Positions 1 to 9,074 of a DNA stretch of 64,000 bases are shown one piece after another; the stretch's first letter is position 1, and every line of letters starts with the position of its first letter. The stretch lies in the NCBI GenBank assembly GCA_038207335.1, contig JBBQZX010000011.1:64001-128000 (forward strand), given 5' to 3'. This DNA comes from Chthoniobacterales bacterium (GTDB taxonomy: Bacteria; Verrucomicrobiota; Verrucomicrobiia; Chthoniobacterales; Chthoniobacteraceae). The position numbers and the translations under genes are program-made. The notes under the pieces were generated by a model. It had not been told where the DNA came from. It saw nothing but the letters and a program-made list of their open reading frames with translations, and made no database searches.

Positions 1-321
1 ATCCGCGTAAACATTAACAAGTTTGTGCGCGGGCAGCAGCGTTTCGATCGCCGGCCACAGCCGCGCCGGCAGGGCGTGAAAATCGCCCCGACGCAGATTG
101 CCAAAACGTAGATGCACGACCCACGGCGGCGGCGAGGACAGCATGATTCGATGCGAGAAATCCGCATCCTCTGAAACGATCAACAACTGGTTCTGCCGGG
201 CGTGTCGCCAGAGCGCTGAATCCGAAAGACTCACGCCCAAACTTCGCGCGTGAATCACAGGGAACATCGGTGAAAAGCTGATGTTCTGCGGCAGATTTTC
301 GTCGAAGAGAAAGCCGTTCAC
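1..321 (-). CDS. DUF5615 family PIN-like toxin (3' end runs off the window)
   Basis: Not in the ORF track. Manual translation from GTG at 321 gives MNGFLFDENLPQNISFSPMFPVIHARSLGVSLSDSALWRHARQNQLLIVSEDADFSHRIMLSSPPPWVVHLRFGNL..., with FLFDENLP and DxDF motifs. GTGA overlap with the DUF433 stop. Confidence 0.85.
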   Translation of the reverse strand, partial: MNGFLFDENLPQNISFSPMFPVIHARSLGVSLSDSALWRHARQNQLLIVSEDADFSHRIMLSSPPPWVVHLRFGNLRRGDFHALPARLWPAIETLLPAHKLVNVYAD

Positions 322-539
322 GCCACCTGCCGGAGCGAAAAATGATGCCCCATCAACTCGGCCGAAAGTTCGAGACAAGCGAGCACGTCCTCTCGCGTCA
401 GCGTCGGATACTCCGTCTGCACATCTTCAATCGAATCGCCTGCTCCCAGAAACTCGAGCACGGTGCGCGCGGTGATGCGCGTGCCCCGGATGACGGGCTG
501 GCCGTTACAGATATTCGGGTCGATGACGATGCGCCTCAT
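318..539 (-). CDS. DUF433 family protein (putative antitoxin)
   Basis: RIVIDPNICNGQPVIRGTRI...EYPTLTREDV signature; 73 aa; coupled to the PIN gene. Confidence 0.92.
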   Translation of the reverse strand: MRRIVIDPNICNGQPVIRGTRITARTVLEFLGAGDSIEDVQTEYPTLTREDVLACLELSAELMGHHFSLRQVA

Positions 540-653
540 TGTCGCAGGTTACCAGCCAGCGCCCGCTGCTGCAACCCTTGGAACCGCATTCGTGCTTGCT
601 CGGAAAGAAACTTCACACCACGGAAAGGCGCAGCTCCGCAAAACTGCCCGTTC

Positions 654-1094
654 TTAACTTCGAGTTCGCCGGGTTCCAGTAATGAGCAGCAACTCATTGC
701 GGTTCCAATAGTGGTAGCTTTGTGGTGGTCTAAATCCTGCGTGCCGCTCATGCAAAGTTCCCAGCGGAACAGTGGTCTCCAACCTCCAGGATTTCCCAAT
801 ACGGATGGCGTATCCAACCGACGCACCAGCGAAATAGCTGTCGAACTCTCGCTTCGTGAGCCCACTTCCTCCATTGTGCCTGCGCCAAATGGAACTTGGT
901 TTGGCTGTAGTCACACCGGCCACTTCAAACGCGCCAACCATCGCTTTGATAGTTCCCGATGCGTAAACGACAACCAAGTCACCGGTTTGGACACGCGGCT
1001 TTACTCGCCTGAGTTCTACGGTCTTGGTTCCGGCAAAAATCGAATCCACAAAACGCGGACGGATCGAAAGGAGAAGGGCGTGATTGTCGGGCAT
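654..1094 (-). CDS. ASCH (PUA-like) domain protein
   Basis: ATG at 1094 gives MPDNHALLLSIRPRFVDSIFAGTKTVELRR (GxKxxExR ASCH motif), VVYASG and C-terminal PPQSY. Confidence 0.85.
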   Translation of the reverse strand: MPDNHALLLSIRPRFVDSIFAGTKTVELRRVKPRVQTGDLVVVYASGTIKAMVGAFEVAGVTTAKPSSIWRRHNGGSGLTKREFDSYFAGASVGYAIRIGKSWRLETTVPLGTLHERHAGFRPPQSYHYWNRNELLLITGTRRTRS

Positions 1095-1095
1095 C

Positions 1096-2324
1096 TTAGT
1101 TGAGGGCGCATCCTCGTCGGTAGATCGACGCAAATTGTGAATTGGAGATTTTGCGCGGTGACATAAACGGCCCTCGAATGCCGAGCGATTCGAAATGTCC
1201 ATCTCCACAGGCTTGATGAAACGTTCCGTCATCCGAAAGCGAAATGCGACGATCTCGTTGGAAACATCGTGGTTTGCAGTCGTATAAACGTCGCGCCGCT
1301 CGTAAACGCCCAAGCGCTGGAACCTGCGAAAGAGATCCTTGGGCTTTCCGATGACGACCTCCTCCAACTGTGAGCACGCCTTAACCCTCATCGAACCGTC
1401 GCCCGTCCCTTTGCTCACATACCACAGAACTCTTCCGGGAGCGGTCAGGTTGTTGTTCTCAGTGCTTCGGTAGTAAACGCCTTCGACGCCGAGATGAAGA
1501 TCCTCGCGCAAACCCAGGAGCAGCTGTGAACCGAGTTCTACATCGAAAAAATGCTGTGCCCATTCTGGACGGATCGAAACGATAAAACTCGGGAATTCGG
1601 GGGCGACTACTTTCGCATGCCAGAGTTGACGCTCAATGGACGCAAGAGCCGCGGCGTCGCGGAGCTCTGCGGCGACAGCAATGGATTTCAAAGCCGCTTG
1701 CTTGGCAGGTTCAAACCGCACATCCAGGTCGAGACTCGTCGCGGTGTTCCGAATCCCCTCCAAATCGCCGACTGACCGCAGCGCGAGCTTCACCCATATC
1801 TCACCGCACGACACGAAGCCGAATTGCCTCAGGATGTCCTTGTCTGTATCAGCGAGTTTCAGTTCGCTTACAGCAACGATGCACCTGTTCTCGTTTGCGG
1901 CCGAAGCCAAGCAGGCGCGAAGAAAATTCCGGAGCATTGTGGCTGCCATTGGATGCCGTCCATGGCGCAGCACGGGCACCGTCAACATGTGCTCCCGCTG
2001 GCGGTCCATCACACCGAGAAGCACATGCGCTTCAGATCGGTCGGTGATGACTTGAATGTCCATGCACTTCGGTTGGCTCAGACAATGGAGAACCGCCTTT
2101 TTGAAATCGCTCACACGTTCTTCCGGCGCTTTGAATCTTGCGACCACTGCATCGAGAGCTTCGGCTCGTAAGAGCGCGCTCTTGAGTTGAGAACCTTCGA
2201 TTCGAGCCGGACGGTAGTGAACCTCACCGCGGCCGGTACCGTCGGCGGAATGAGTTGGTGAGAGGGGTAACTGCCCGAAGGTCCTTGTTCGTCTCCAGAA
2301 TTTAAGAGAAGGATTCCAGCCCAA
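1096..2324 (-). pseudogene. 5'-truncated, frameshifted GNAT/PIN-associated protein with C-terminal EVE/ASCH-like domain
   Basis: C-terminal part has SIRPEWAQHFFD...EGVYYRS...APGRVLWYVSK...GVYE. A natural-looking C-terminus (FESLGIRGPFMSPRKI...IYRRG, stop at 1096) lies in another frame. The sequence before RGEVHYRPARIEGS does not look protein-like. Confidence 0.6.
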
Positions 2325-2378
2325 GCATTAGACTTTGGACGCAGGGAATGGGCGCGGTTCGTTAGGGTTGTCCTAAGG

Positions 2379-3407
2379 TTGAACGACGGCCACGGTTTTT
2401 CCCGTTCACGTCAATTGCTCGCGCTCACATCAGCTTTTACCGTCCTCCTTCTTGCGTCGCTTGCTGAGTGGCTGCACACGCGGCGTATTCGCGCGGTGGG
2501 GCGGCTGGCGTTTGGGCCAGCGGGTGAGCCGCGAATGTGGGCGCGCGGGGTGCCTTTTGTGCGTCCGCTGTGTCTGGCGGCGTTTGCGTGGGGGCTGGTG
2601 ACGCTAATGCTGCTGCAAATGGCTCCGGGCGGCGATGGCAAGAGGGGCGGCGACAAGCAGGCGACGCGGCTGGTTTTCGTCGGGGACCTCTCGCCGAGCA
2701 TGTATCTGGTGGATGCGGGATCGGATGGGAAGCTGACGCGGCACGCGCGGATGCGGGAGGTGGTGGATGGCATCCTCCAGCGGGTGAGCGGGAATCTGCG
2801 GTTCGCGGTGGTGGCTTTTTACACGGAGTCGCTGCCGGTGGTAATGGAGGCGCGCGACCCGGAACTGGTGCGGAACGTTTTCAACGATCTGCCGCTTTCC
2901 TACGCCATGCCGGCGGGCCAGACGGATCTCGGCCAGGCGATGAATGGCGCTCTAAAGCTCATGGAGGATTTTCCGGAAGCCAGCACGCGGGTGATCGTGC
3001 TCACGGATGGTGATTCGGTGAGCCTCGCGCCGATCTCGCCGCGACCGAAATCGGTGAAGGAAGTTTTTGTGCTCGGCGTGGGGAATCCGACGAAGGGGAG
3101 CTTCATCGACGGGCATCAGTCGCGGCAGGAAAGCGATACGCTGCGCACGGTGGCGGCGTCGCTCTCGGGCACCTACGTGGATGTGAATGAGAAGCATCTC
3201 CCGACCTCGGCGCTGGGCGATCTGGTCGTGACCGCGCCACTCCCGCAACGGGGCTTGAGCCTCGCGGAATGGGCGGTGCTGGCGATGGCGGTGGGCGCGG
3301 CGATCCTCGCGCTGATCCCGGTCGCGCTGGAGTTCTTTGGCAGCGACTGGCAGGTGGCTTTCGCGAAAGAAACGCGCGCAAAGGAGCGCGCCCTGACTGC
3401 GCGATGA
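2379..3407 (+). CDS. Membrane-anchored VWA domain protein (BatB-like)
   Basis: MIDAS motif DLSPS plus LTDGD; N- and C-terminal hydrophobic segments; start codon uncertain (TTG). Confidence 0.85.
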   Translation: MNDGHGFSRSRQLLALTSAFTVLLLASLAEWLHTRRIRAVGRLAFGPAGEPRMWARGVPFVRPLCLAAFAWGLVTLMLLQMAPGGDGKRGGDKQATRLVFVGDLSPSMYLVDAGSDGKLTRHARMREVVDGILQRVSGNLRFAVVAFYTESLPVVMEARDPELVRNVFNDLPLSYAMPAGQTDLGQAMNGALKLMEDFPEASTRVIVLTDGDSVSLAPISPRPKSVKEVFVLGVGNPTKGSFIDGHQSRQESDTLRTVAASLSGTYVDVNEKHLPTSALGDLVVTAPLPQRGLSLAEWAVLAMAVGAAILALIPVALEFFGSDWQVAFAKETRAKERALTAR

Positions 3408-3967
3408 GGAAAATTTTCACCCTGCTGTGGCTGCTCTTCCCCGTGGCGGTGCTCTACTACCACTTCAACGAAGGGCAGAATCAGATCGCGCGGGAAAAGG
3501 CGCGGGTGCATGTGGCGGCGGTCCGCGAACTGGAGCGGGCGAAGGAGCCGGACTGGGAGAAAATCATCGAGGAATACGACAAGCTCGTGACCGAACTCCC
3601 GGCCGGTGAGCAGCCGCTCGTGCTGCATCAGATTCGTCTGGCAAAGGCGAAGGCGCGGCTGGAGATGCTGGATGTCGTCGGGTCGATCGAGGACCTGAAC
3701 GCGCTGCTGCAGGAGTGCGCGCTCGTCCACGGCGACGACGCGAAAATCACGCGTGCCGCGCGCGAGCTGCTCGGGAAGGCGAATTACTACGCGACTTATC
3801 TGCTGAAAACGAACGGCGCCGGGGAGGAGGAATGGCGGCCTTTCGCCGAGCGGACGCGGCAGATTTTCCGCTACCTCGCGGAGCATCAGGATGCCGCCGC
3901 GCTCGCGCAATACGAGCAGCGGGTCGCGCTGGAATTTCAAAGGACGCAGCAACACAAGACCCCATGA
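3404..3967 (+). CDS. Hypothetical helical (TPR-like) protein with N-terminal membrane anchor
   Basis: ATG at 3404 overlaps the upstream stop (ATGA); MRKIFTLLWLLFPVAVLYYHF followed by amphipathic helices. Confidence 0.8.
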   Translation: MRKIFTLLWLLFPVAVLYYHFNEGQNQIAREKARVHVAAVRELERAKEPDWEKIIEEYDKLVTELPAGEQPLVLHQIRLAKAKARLEMLDVVGSIEDLNALLQECALVHGDDAKITRAARELLGKANYYATYLLKTNGAGEEEWRPFAERTRQIFRYLAEHQDAAALAQYEQRVALEFQRTQQHKTP

Positions 3968-4452
3968 AAAATCGACACACGCTCACTGGAATCCCTGTCT
4001 GGCTCTGTCTCGCCGGCTTCGCTGTGGCTCAGGAAAAGGCGCCCGCGCCCGCCGCGATCTCAGGTGTGAAAGGGGTGAAGGAGGACGCTGTTGCCGAGAT
4101 CAAAAACGTGAAGCCTGGCATCAAGGACGCGACGCAGACGGTGAACAAAATCGACAGCATCAGAGCAGAAGCAAACGCAGCGCCCACACCCGTGACGCCC
4201 GTCGTGCAGCCTGTAATCTCCGGCGCGGGCAGCATTCAGGCCGTGAACGGCGTCACCGGCATCAACGCCGCGAAGCTGCAAAATCTCGAAGCCGCGCTCC
4301 TCATCAAGGCGGACACCGGACCGCATGACGGCAAAGGAAGAACCGCCGCCGCCGCGCTCGGAGGTCCGCCCGGAAAACCCGGCCCGAAGAAAAAAAACGA
4401 CGGGCGCGAGGCATTCCAGGAGTTCGAAAAACTTCAAAACAACGGCTCTTAG
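3964..4452 (+). CDS. Hypothetical secreted protein, 162 aa
   Basis: ATGA overlap at 3964; signal peptide ending FAVA-QEK; low-complexity body. Confidence 0.75.
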   Translation: MKNRHTLTGIPVWLCLAGFAVAQEKAPAPAAISGVKGVKEDAVAEIKNVKPGIKDATQTVNKIDSIRAEANAAPTPVTPVVQPVISGAGSIQAVNGVTGINAAKLQNLEAALLIKADTGPHDGKGRTAAAALGGPPGKPGPKKKNDGREAFQEFEKLQNNGS

Positions 4453-4476
4453 CCCAGCATTCATTTCCACCTGTTC

Positions 4477-7400
4477 ATGAAGCTTTCCCGTCATCATCTC
4501 GCCGCACTTGCTTGCATCCTGTCCTTCGCCGCCACAGCTCCGGCGCAGGACGCCGCCGTCCCGCCGCCGTCCGCTCCGGCTGTTGCGCAGCCCGCACCCC
4601 CGCCCGCGCCAGCGCCGCTCGACCCAAAACTCCTCAAGCAGTTCGAGGCGATCCTGAATCAAAAATTCACGCGCGATCCGGGCGAGATTTTCCGCAGCAT
4701 CGAGCGGGCGGTGACGAAAGATTCGCTGAATGCGACGGAGCAATTCGTCGCCGATTTTCGCACAGGGAGCTGGGGAAAAATCCGTGAGCAACTCGGGCAG
4801 ATGCCGCCGGAGCTGGCGCGCAAGATTTACGACAAGATGCTGGCTGACCTCACCGAGAAGCCGAAGCCCAACGTGCGGCTCGACGACGTGCTCGCGCTGG
4901 CGGACGCGGTGCCGGGTGAATTCACATGGGACGAGGTGCACCGGCTCGGGCAGCTCCTCGGCCTCGCGGTGCCCGCAAATGAAGCCTACTGGCTCTCGGA
5001 TCGGCTGAAAAAGGGCACCGAAAAGCTCGGCGGCACGGACTCCGCGAAGCGCCTGCTCGCCGGTCGCGTCCTGCTCGCGGGGGGATTCAAGGATCTCGCC
5101 CGCATTTACCTCCCGCAGTTCGAGCAGATGCAGGACATCGCCGATGAAGGCGTGCGCAATGAGGTGGCCGCATTCCTGACTTCGCAGCGCGAGAGCGAGG
5201 ATGCGCAGCGCGGATTGGTGCAGCGAATTTGGGACGAAAACATGCGCCTTCTCACGCTCCCAAAGGTCAACGAATGGGAGCGCTCGAAGGCCGCGCAGGC
5301 GATGGCCAAGGTCATCACGCAAATCCCGCCGACCACGCTCGCGCCGGTTTTCTCCTCGATGGTGAAGGACAACCCGGACGGCGCGGTGCGCCTGCTCACG
5401 GGCCTCGGAACCAAGCTCCAGAGCGAATCCCGCGGCGAGGAACTCGTGCGCACGGAAAACCTCAAGGCGCAGGCAACCCTCGCGAATTTGCTCGCGGAGA
5501 ACGTCGATCTCAACGCGCAGCCGTGGAGCCAGCTTTCGCAGATGATGGCCGAGTTTTGGATCAGCGAGGCGGAGACGACCTTCGCGCAAAAGACCAGCAC
5601 CGCGAACAACAAGGAGCGTTTCGTCGCGCCCGAGGAACTGCTCCCGACTGCTCCCGACGGCAAGTGGGAGGCCGCGCTGCCGCCGGGCGTGCGCGAGCGG
5701 CTCGACGCGGCCATTTCCAAAATCATCCTCGTCGGCGCGAACTTCGACCGCGCTGCTGACCGCATCGTCGAGATCGGCAAGCGCAATCCGGAGGCGGGCG
5801 TCGCGCTCGCGGAGGACTTCCTCACCGTCTGGGCGAAGTCGCACAATCCGCAACTCCCGGAGGCGCTCCGAAAGAAATACGAGCTCGCCGACGACGCGCG
5901 AATTCCCGTCACGCCGATCATGATGGAGAAGAACGTGGAGAGCCTCGCGCGCATGATGGCGCTCTTCCGGGCGGCGGGGATCGCGCCGAAGGACTACGAG
6001 AAAGTCGTGAACGCATTCGATCTCGCCTACAGCGACGCCGAGGCGTATCGGACCGCGCACATCGAGAAGGTTTTCGGTCCGCTGGAGAAAATGGATGAGC
6101 CGCTTTTCTTCCTCATCCTCTCGCGCATGAACGCCAATCTCGCGGAGCGCTGGCGCAAGATGGACGTGCAGAAAGCCGGGCTCACACATCGCGACGAAAC
6201 GCAAACGCTGGGGATGGTCCGCGCAGGTTACGCAGGCGCGCTGAGCATGATAAACGCGTGGCTGGCCGGGCATCCCGACGGCTCGCGCGCACTCACGCTC
6301 GCAGGCACGCTGCTCACGGACTGGGGCGACTTCGAATATTTCCAGGAGCTGGTCACCGGCGACGCGAAGAAGCGCATGGTCGGCTACAAGGAGAGGAATT
6401 TGCAGGCGCAGGAATACTTCCGGCGCGGCGTGGAAAGCTACGCGAAGACCGTGCCGAGTCTCACGCCCGCGGACTACTCCGTGGATGCGTATCTCGGCTG
6501 GTTCCACGGCCTGCTCGGCATCGGCTCGGGCGGTCAGCTCAATCTTTCCAAAACCATGAATCGCGCCGCGCTAAACAGGATTCGCGAGCAAATGCTGGCG
6601 CTTCCGGGCAAGGCGGCGCAGGCGCACATCAGCCTCTTCGCGAAGATCGTGAATGCGCGGCTCGCGGACGAAAAGAACCCGCTGAACGAGGACCTGAAAT
6701 ACCGCTACCTCGCGAGCGCGCTCATCATCACGAAGGACGATCCTTTTACCCTCGGTGCGGAAAAGAAGGTCGCGTATCTCGACGAACTGCTCAGCGAAAT
6801 CCGCCTGCAAACCCGCGTGGACGGGCCGAACACCGTGGGCCGCGATCAGGAGTTCGGAATCGTCGTCAGCCTCATCCACACCGAGGCCATGGGCCGTGTC
6901 GCGGACTTCGGACAGTATCTCAGCAACGACCCGAACGCGGGACCCGGAAAGCCGCGGAAGAAATCGCCGCTCGCGAGAAAGATGCGCGATGCGCAGGGCG
7001 CACGCGATGAGCTGGAACTCGACCTCACCGACGCGCTCTCGCCGTTCTTCGACATCAAGACGATCATCTTTTCGCCGCCCGAGGTGAAGCCGCGCCCGAC
7101 CGCGCAGCCGGGCTGGGAGGAAACCGTGCTCGCCTACCTCCTCGTGCGGGTGAAGGACGCCAGCGTGGACAAAATCCCGCCGGTCGAAATGGAGCTGAAA
7201 TTCATGGACCTGACCGGCCCCGTGACAATCCCCGCGCAGTCGGCGGAGACCGTGATCAAGGTCGGTACGGACAACATTCCGCCGCGTCCCGCGAAGCAGA
7301 TCGAAATCACGGAGACGCTCGACAACCGGCAGTTCGCGATCAACGGCTCGCTGCTGCTCGAGGTCAAAGCCGTCGCGAACGGGCTGGTGCCGGAACTCGA

Positions 7401-8046
7401 CCAATTGCTCGACCTCGAGTCGCTGAAAAAAGTGGCCGCAGTAAAGGCCATCAACCCGCACGAGGGCCTGCAGGTGAAGGACATCAATACGTGGGGCGAT
7501 GAAGTCGCGCCGCGCTCCGAGCGGCTCTGGACCATCGTGCTCGACGGCGATCCGATCCGTGCGGCTGAGGGGCAGACAACGCTCCCGCTCCCGCCGTCGA
7601 AAGAGAAGGACGTCAACGTCGTTTACCAGACTTACGAGGAAATGAATCTCAAACCGCTGCAGCAGCCATCGGTGACGATCAGCCGCACCGCGTCGGCTGG
7701 AGGCGTGGCAGAAAGTGGCAGATCGCATCCCGGCCGCTGGCTCGGATTCGGTGCCGCGTTGCTCGTCCTCGCGGGTTTGATTTTCGCATTCCTCAAACGC
7801 AGCACCGGAGCCTGCGATCAAGCCGCCACCACAAGCGAGGCCTTCAAAATGCCCGGCGAAGTGGATGGCTTCGCGATCGTCGCCCTGCTGCGCCGCCTGC
7901 GCGCCAATCTCGGCGAACCGCATCAGCAGGAACTCCAGCAAGATATCCAACGCGTGCAGCAATCGTGCTTCGGCACCACCGCCGTCGCGATGTCCGAAAC
8001 CGACCTGCGCACCCTAGCCGAAAAGTGGCTGCGAACGGCCCGCTAA
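4477..8046 (+). CDS. Large secreted protein with C-terminal TM (possible BatD-like role)
   Basis: 1189 aa: signal peptide, Pro/Ala linker, long helical region, beta-rich C-terminal third, TM helix WLGFGAALLVLAGLIFAFLKR, short tail. Confidence 0.85.
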   Translation: MKLSRHHLAALACILSFAATAPAQDAAVPPPSAPAVAQPAPPPAPAPLDPKLLKQFEAILNQKFTRDPGEIFRSIERAVTKDSLNATEQFVADFRTGSWGKIREQLGQMPPELARKIYDKMLADLTEKPKPNVRLDDVLALADAVPGEFTWDEVHRLGQLLGLAVPANEAYWLSDRLKKGTEKLGGTDSAKRLLAGRVLLAGGFKDLARIYLPQFEQMQDIADEGVRNEVAAFLTSQRESEDAQRGLVQRIWDENMRLLTLPKVNEWERSKAAQAMAKVITQIPPTTLAPVFSSMVKDNPDGAVRLLTGLGTKLQSESRGEELVRTENLKAQATLANLLAENVDLNAQPWSQLSQMMAEFWISEAETTFAQKTSTANNKERFVAPEELLPTAPDGKWEAALPPGVRERLDAAISKIILVGANFDRAADRIVEIGKRNPEAGVALAEDFLTVWAKSHNPQLPEALRKKYELADDARIPVTPIMMEKNVESLARMMALFRAAGIAPKDYEKVVNAFDLAYSDAEAYRTAHIEKVFGPLEKMDEPLFFLILSRMNANLAERWRKMDVQKAGLTHRDETQTLGMVRAGYAGALSMINAWLAGHPDGSRALTLAGTLLTDWGDFEYFQELVTGDAKKRMVGYKERNLQAQEYFRRGVESYAKTVPSLTPADYSVDAYLGWFHGLLGIGSGGQLNLSKTMNRAALNRIREQMLALPGKAAQAHISLFAKIVNARLADEKNPLNEDLKYRYLASALIITKDDPFTLGAEKKVAYLDELLSEIRLQTRVDGPNTVGRDQEFGIVVSLIHTEAMGRVADFGQYLSNDPNAGPGKPRKKSPLARKMRDAQGARDELELDLTDALSPFFDIKTIIFSPPEVKPRPTAQPGWEETVLAYLLVRVKDASVDKIPPVEMELKFMDLTGPVTIPAQSAETVIKVGTDNIPPRPAKQIEITETLDNRQFAINGSLLLEVKAVANGLVPELDQLLDLESLKKVAAVKAINPHEGLQVKDINTWGDEVAPRSERLWTIVLDGDPIRAAEGQTTLPLPPSKEKDVNVVYQTYEEMNLKPLQQPSVTISRTASAGGVAESGRSHPGRWLGFGAALLVLAGLIFAFLKRSTGACDQAATTSEAFKMPGEVDGFAIVALLRRLRANLGEPHQQELQQDIQRVQQSCFGTTAVAMSETDLRTLAEKWLRTAR

Positions 8047-8060
8047 AAACTCTCACTCCA

Positions 8061-9065
8061 ATGGAAACCACCACCAAACCACCCACTGCCGCGGCTCCGC
8101 AGACTGCGCAGCAATTCGTCGCCGGAGTCCGGGAGCGCGTCGCGAAAATCGTCGTTGGGCAGGATGTCGTCGTCGAGCGCGTCATGATCGCGCTGCTCAC
8201 CGGCGGCCATCTGCTGCTGCAAGGTCTGCCGGGCCTCGCGAAAACGCTGCTCGTTAACGCCGTCGCGAAGGCCATCAACCTCGATTTCAAGCGCGTCCAG
8301 TTCACCGTCGATATGCTGCCGTCCGACATCATCGGCTCGGAGATCATCGACCAAAAAACCGGCGACTTCCGCATCCACCAAGGCCCCGTTTTTACCAATC
8401 TCCTGCTCGCCGATGAGATCAATCGCGCCGCGCCGAAAGTGCAGGGCGCGATGCTCGAAGCGATGCAGGAACGCAAGGTCACCATCGGCGGCCAGAGCCT
8501 GAAACTGCCCACGCCATTCCTCGTCATCGCCACGCAGAATCCGGTCGAGCAGTCGGGCACCTTTGAGCTGCCGGAGGCGCAGCTCGACCGTTTCATGCTG
8601 CTGCACCGGCTCGGATATCCGGGCCGCGACGACGAGCAAATGATCCTCCAGCGCCAGCTCGGCATGGGCCTGCGACGCGAAGGAGGCGGCGCGGTGCCGC
8701 GGTCGGCGTTCGACATGATCGAGGATAATCCGGGCGCGTCGGTCGAGGATCTCGTCACCGCGATGGAAGCGGTGCAGGCCGTGCATGTGAGCGAGGTGTT
8801 CGTGAAGCACTGCGTCGATCTCGTCCGCCGCACGCGCGAGTCGAAGCACCTGGACTTCGGCTGCAGCCCGCGCGCCGGACTCGCATTGATCAATGCCGCC
8901 CGAGCCCGCGCAGTCATTCACGGGCGCGACTACGTGACGCCCGAGGATTTGTTCGAACTCGCCGAGGACGTGGTGCTCCACCGCATCCGCGTGAGCTACG
9001 AAGCCTCCGCTGCCGGCCACACCGGCGCGCAAGTGCTGGAGTCGATCCTCGCCGATCTCGGGTAG
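8061..9065 (+). CDS. moxR: MoxR family AAA+ ATPase
   Basis: Walker A GLPGLAKT, RVQFTVDMLPSD, Walker B LLADEINRA, ATQNPVEQSGTFELPEAQLDRF, SPRA. Confidence 0.95.
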   Translation: METTTKPPTAAAPQTAQQFVAGVRERVAKIVVGQDVVVERVMIALLTGGHLLLQGLPGLAKTLLVNAVAKAINLDFKRVQFTVDMLPSDIIGSEIIDQKTGDFRIHQGPVFTNLLLADEINRAAPKVQGAMLEAMQERKVTIGGQSLKLPTPFLVIATQNPVEQSGTFELPEAQLDRFMLLHRLGYPGRDDEQMILQRQLGMGLRREGGGAVPRSAFDMIEDNPGASVEDLVTAMEAVQAVHVSEVFVKHCVDLVRRTRESKHLDFGCSPRAGLALINAARARAVIHGRDYVTPEDLFELAEDVVLHRIRVSYEASAAGHTGAQVLESILADLG

Positions 9066-9074
9066 ACCCACGAC

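Noticed and set aside
342..1103. 253-aa plus-strand ORF
   Set aside because: Lies antisense to the DUF433 and ASCH genes and has no protein-like features.
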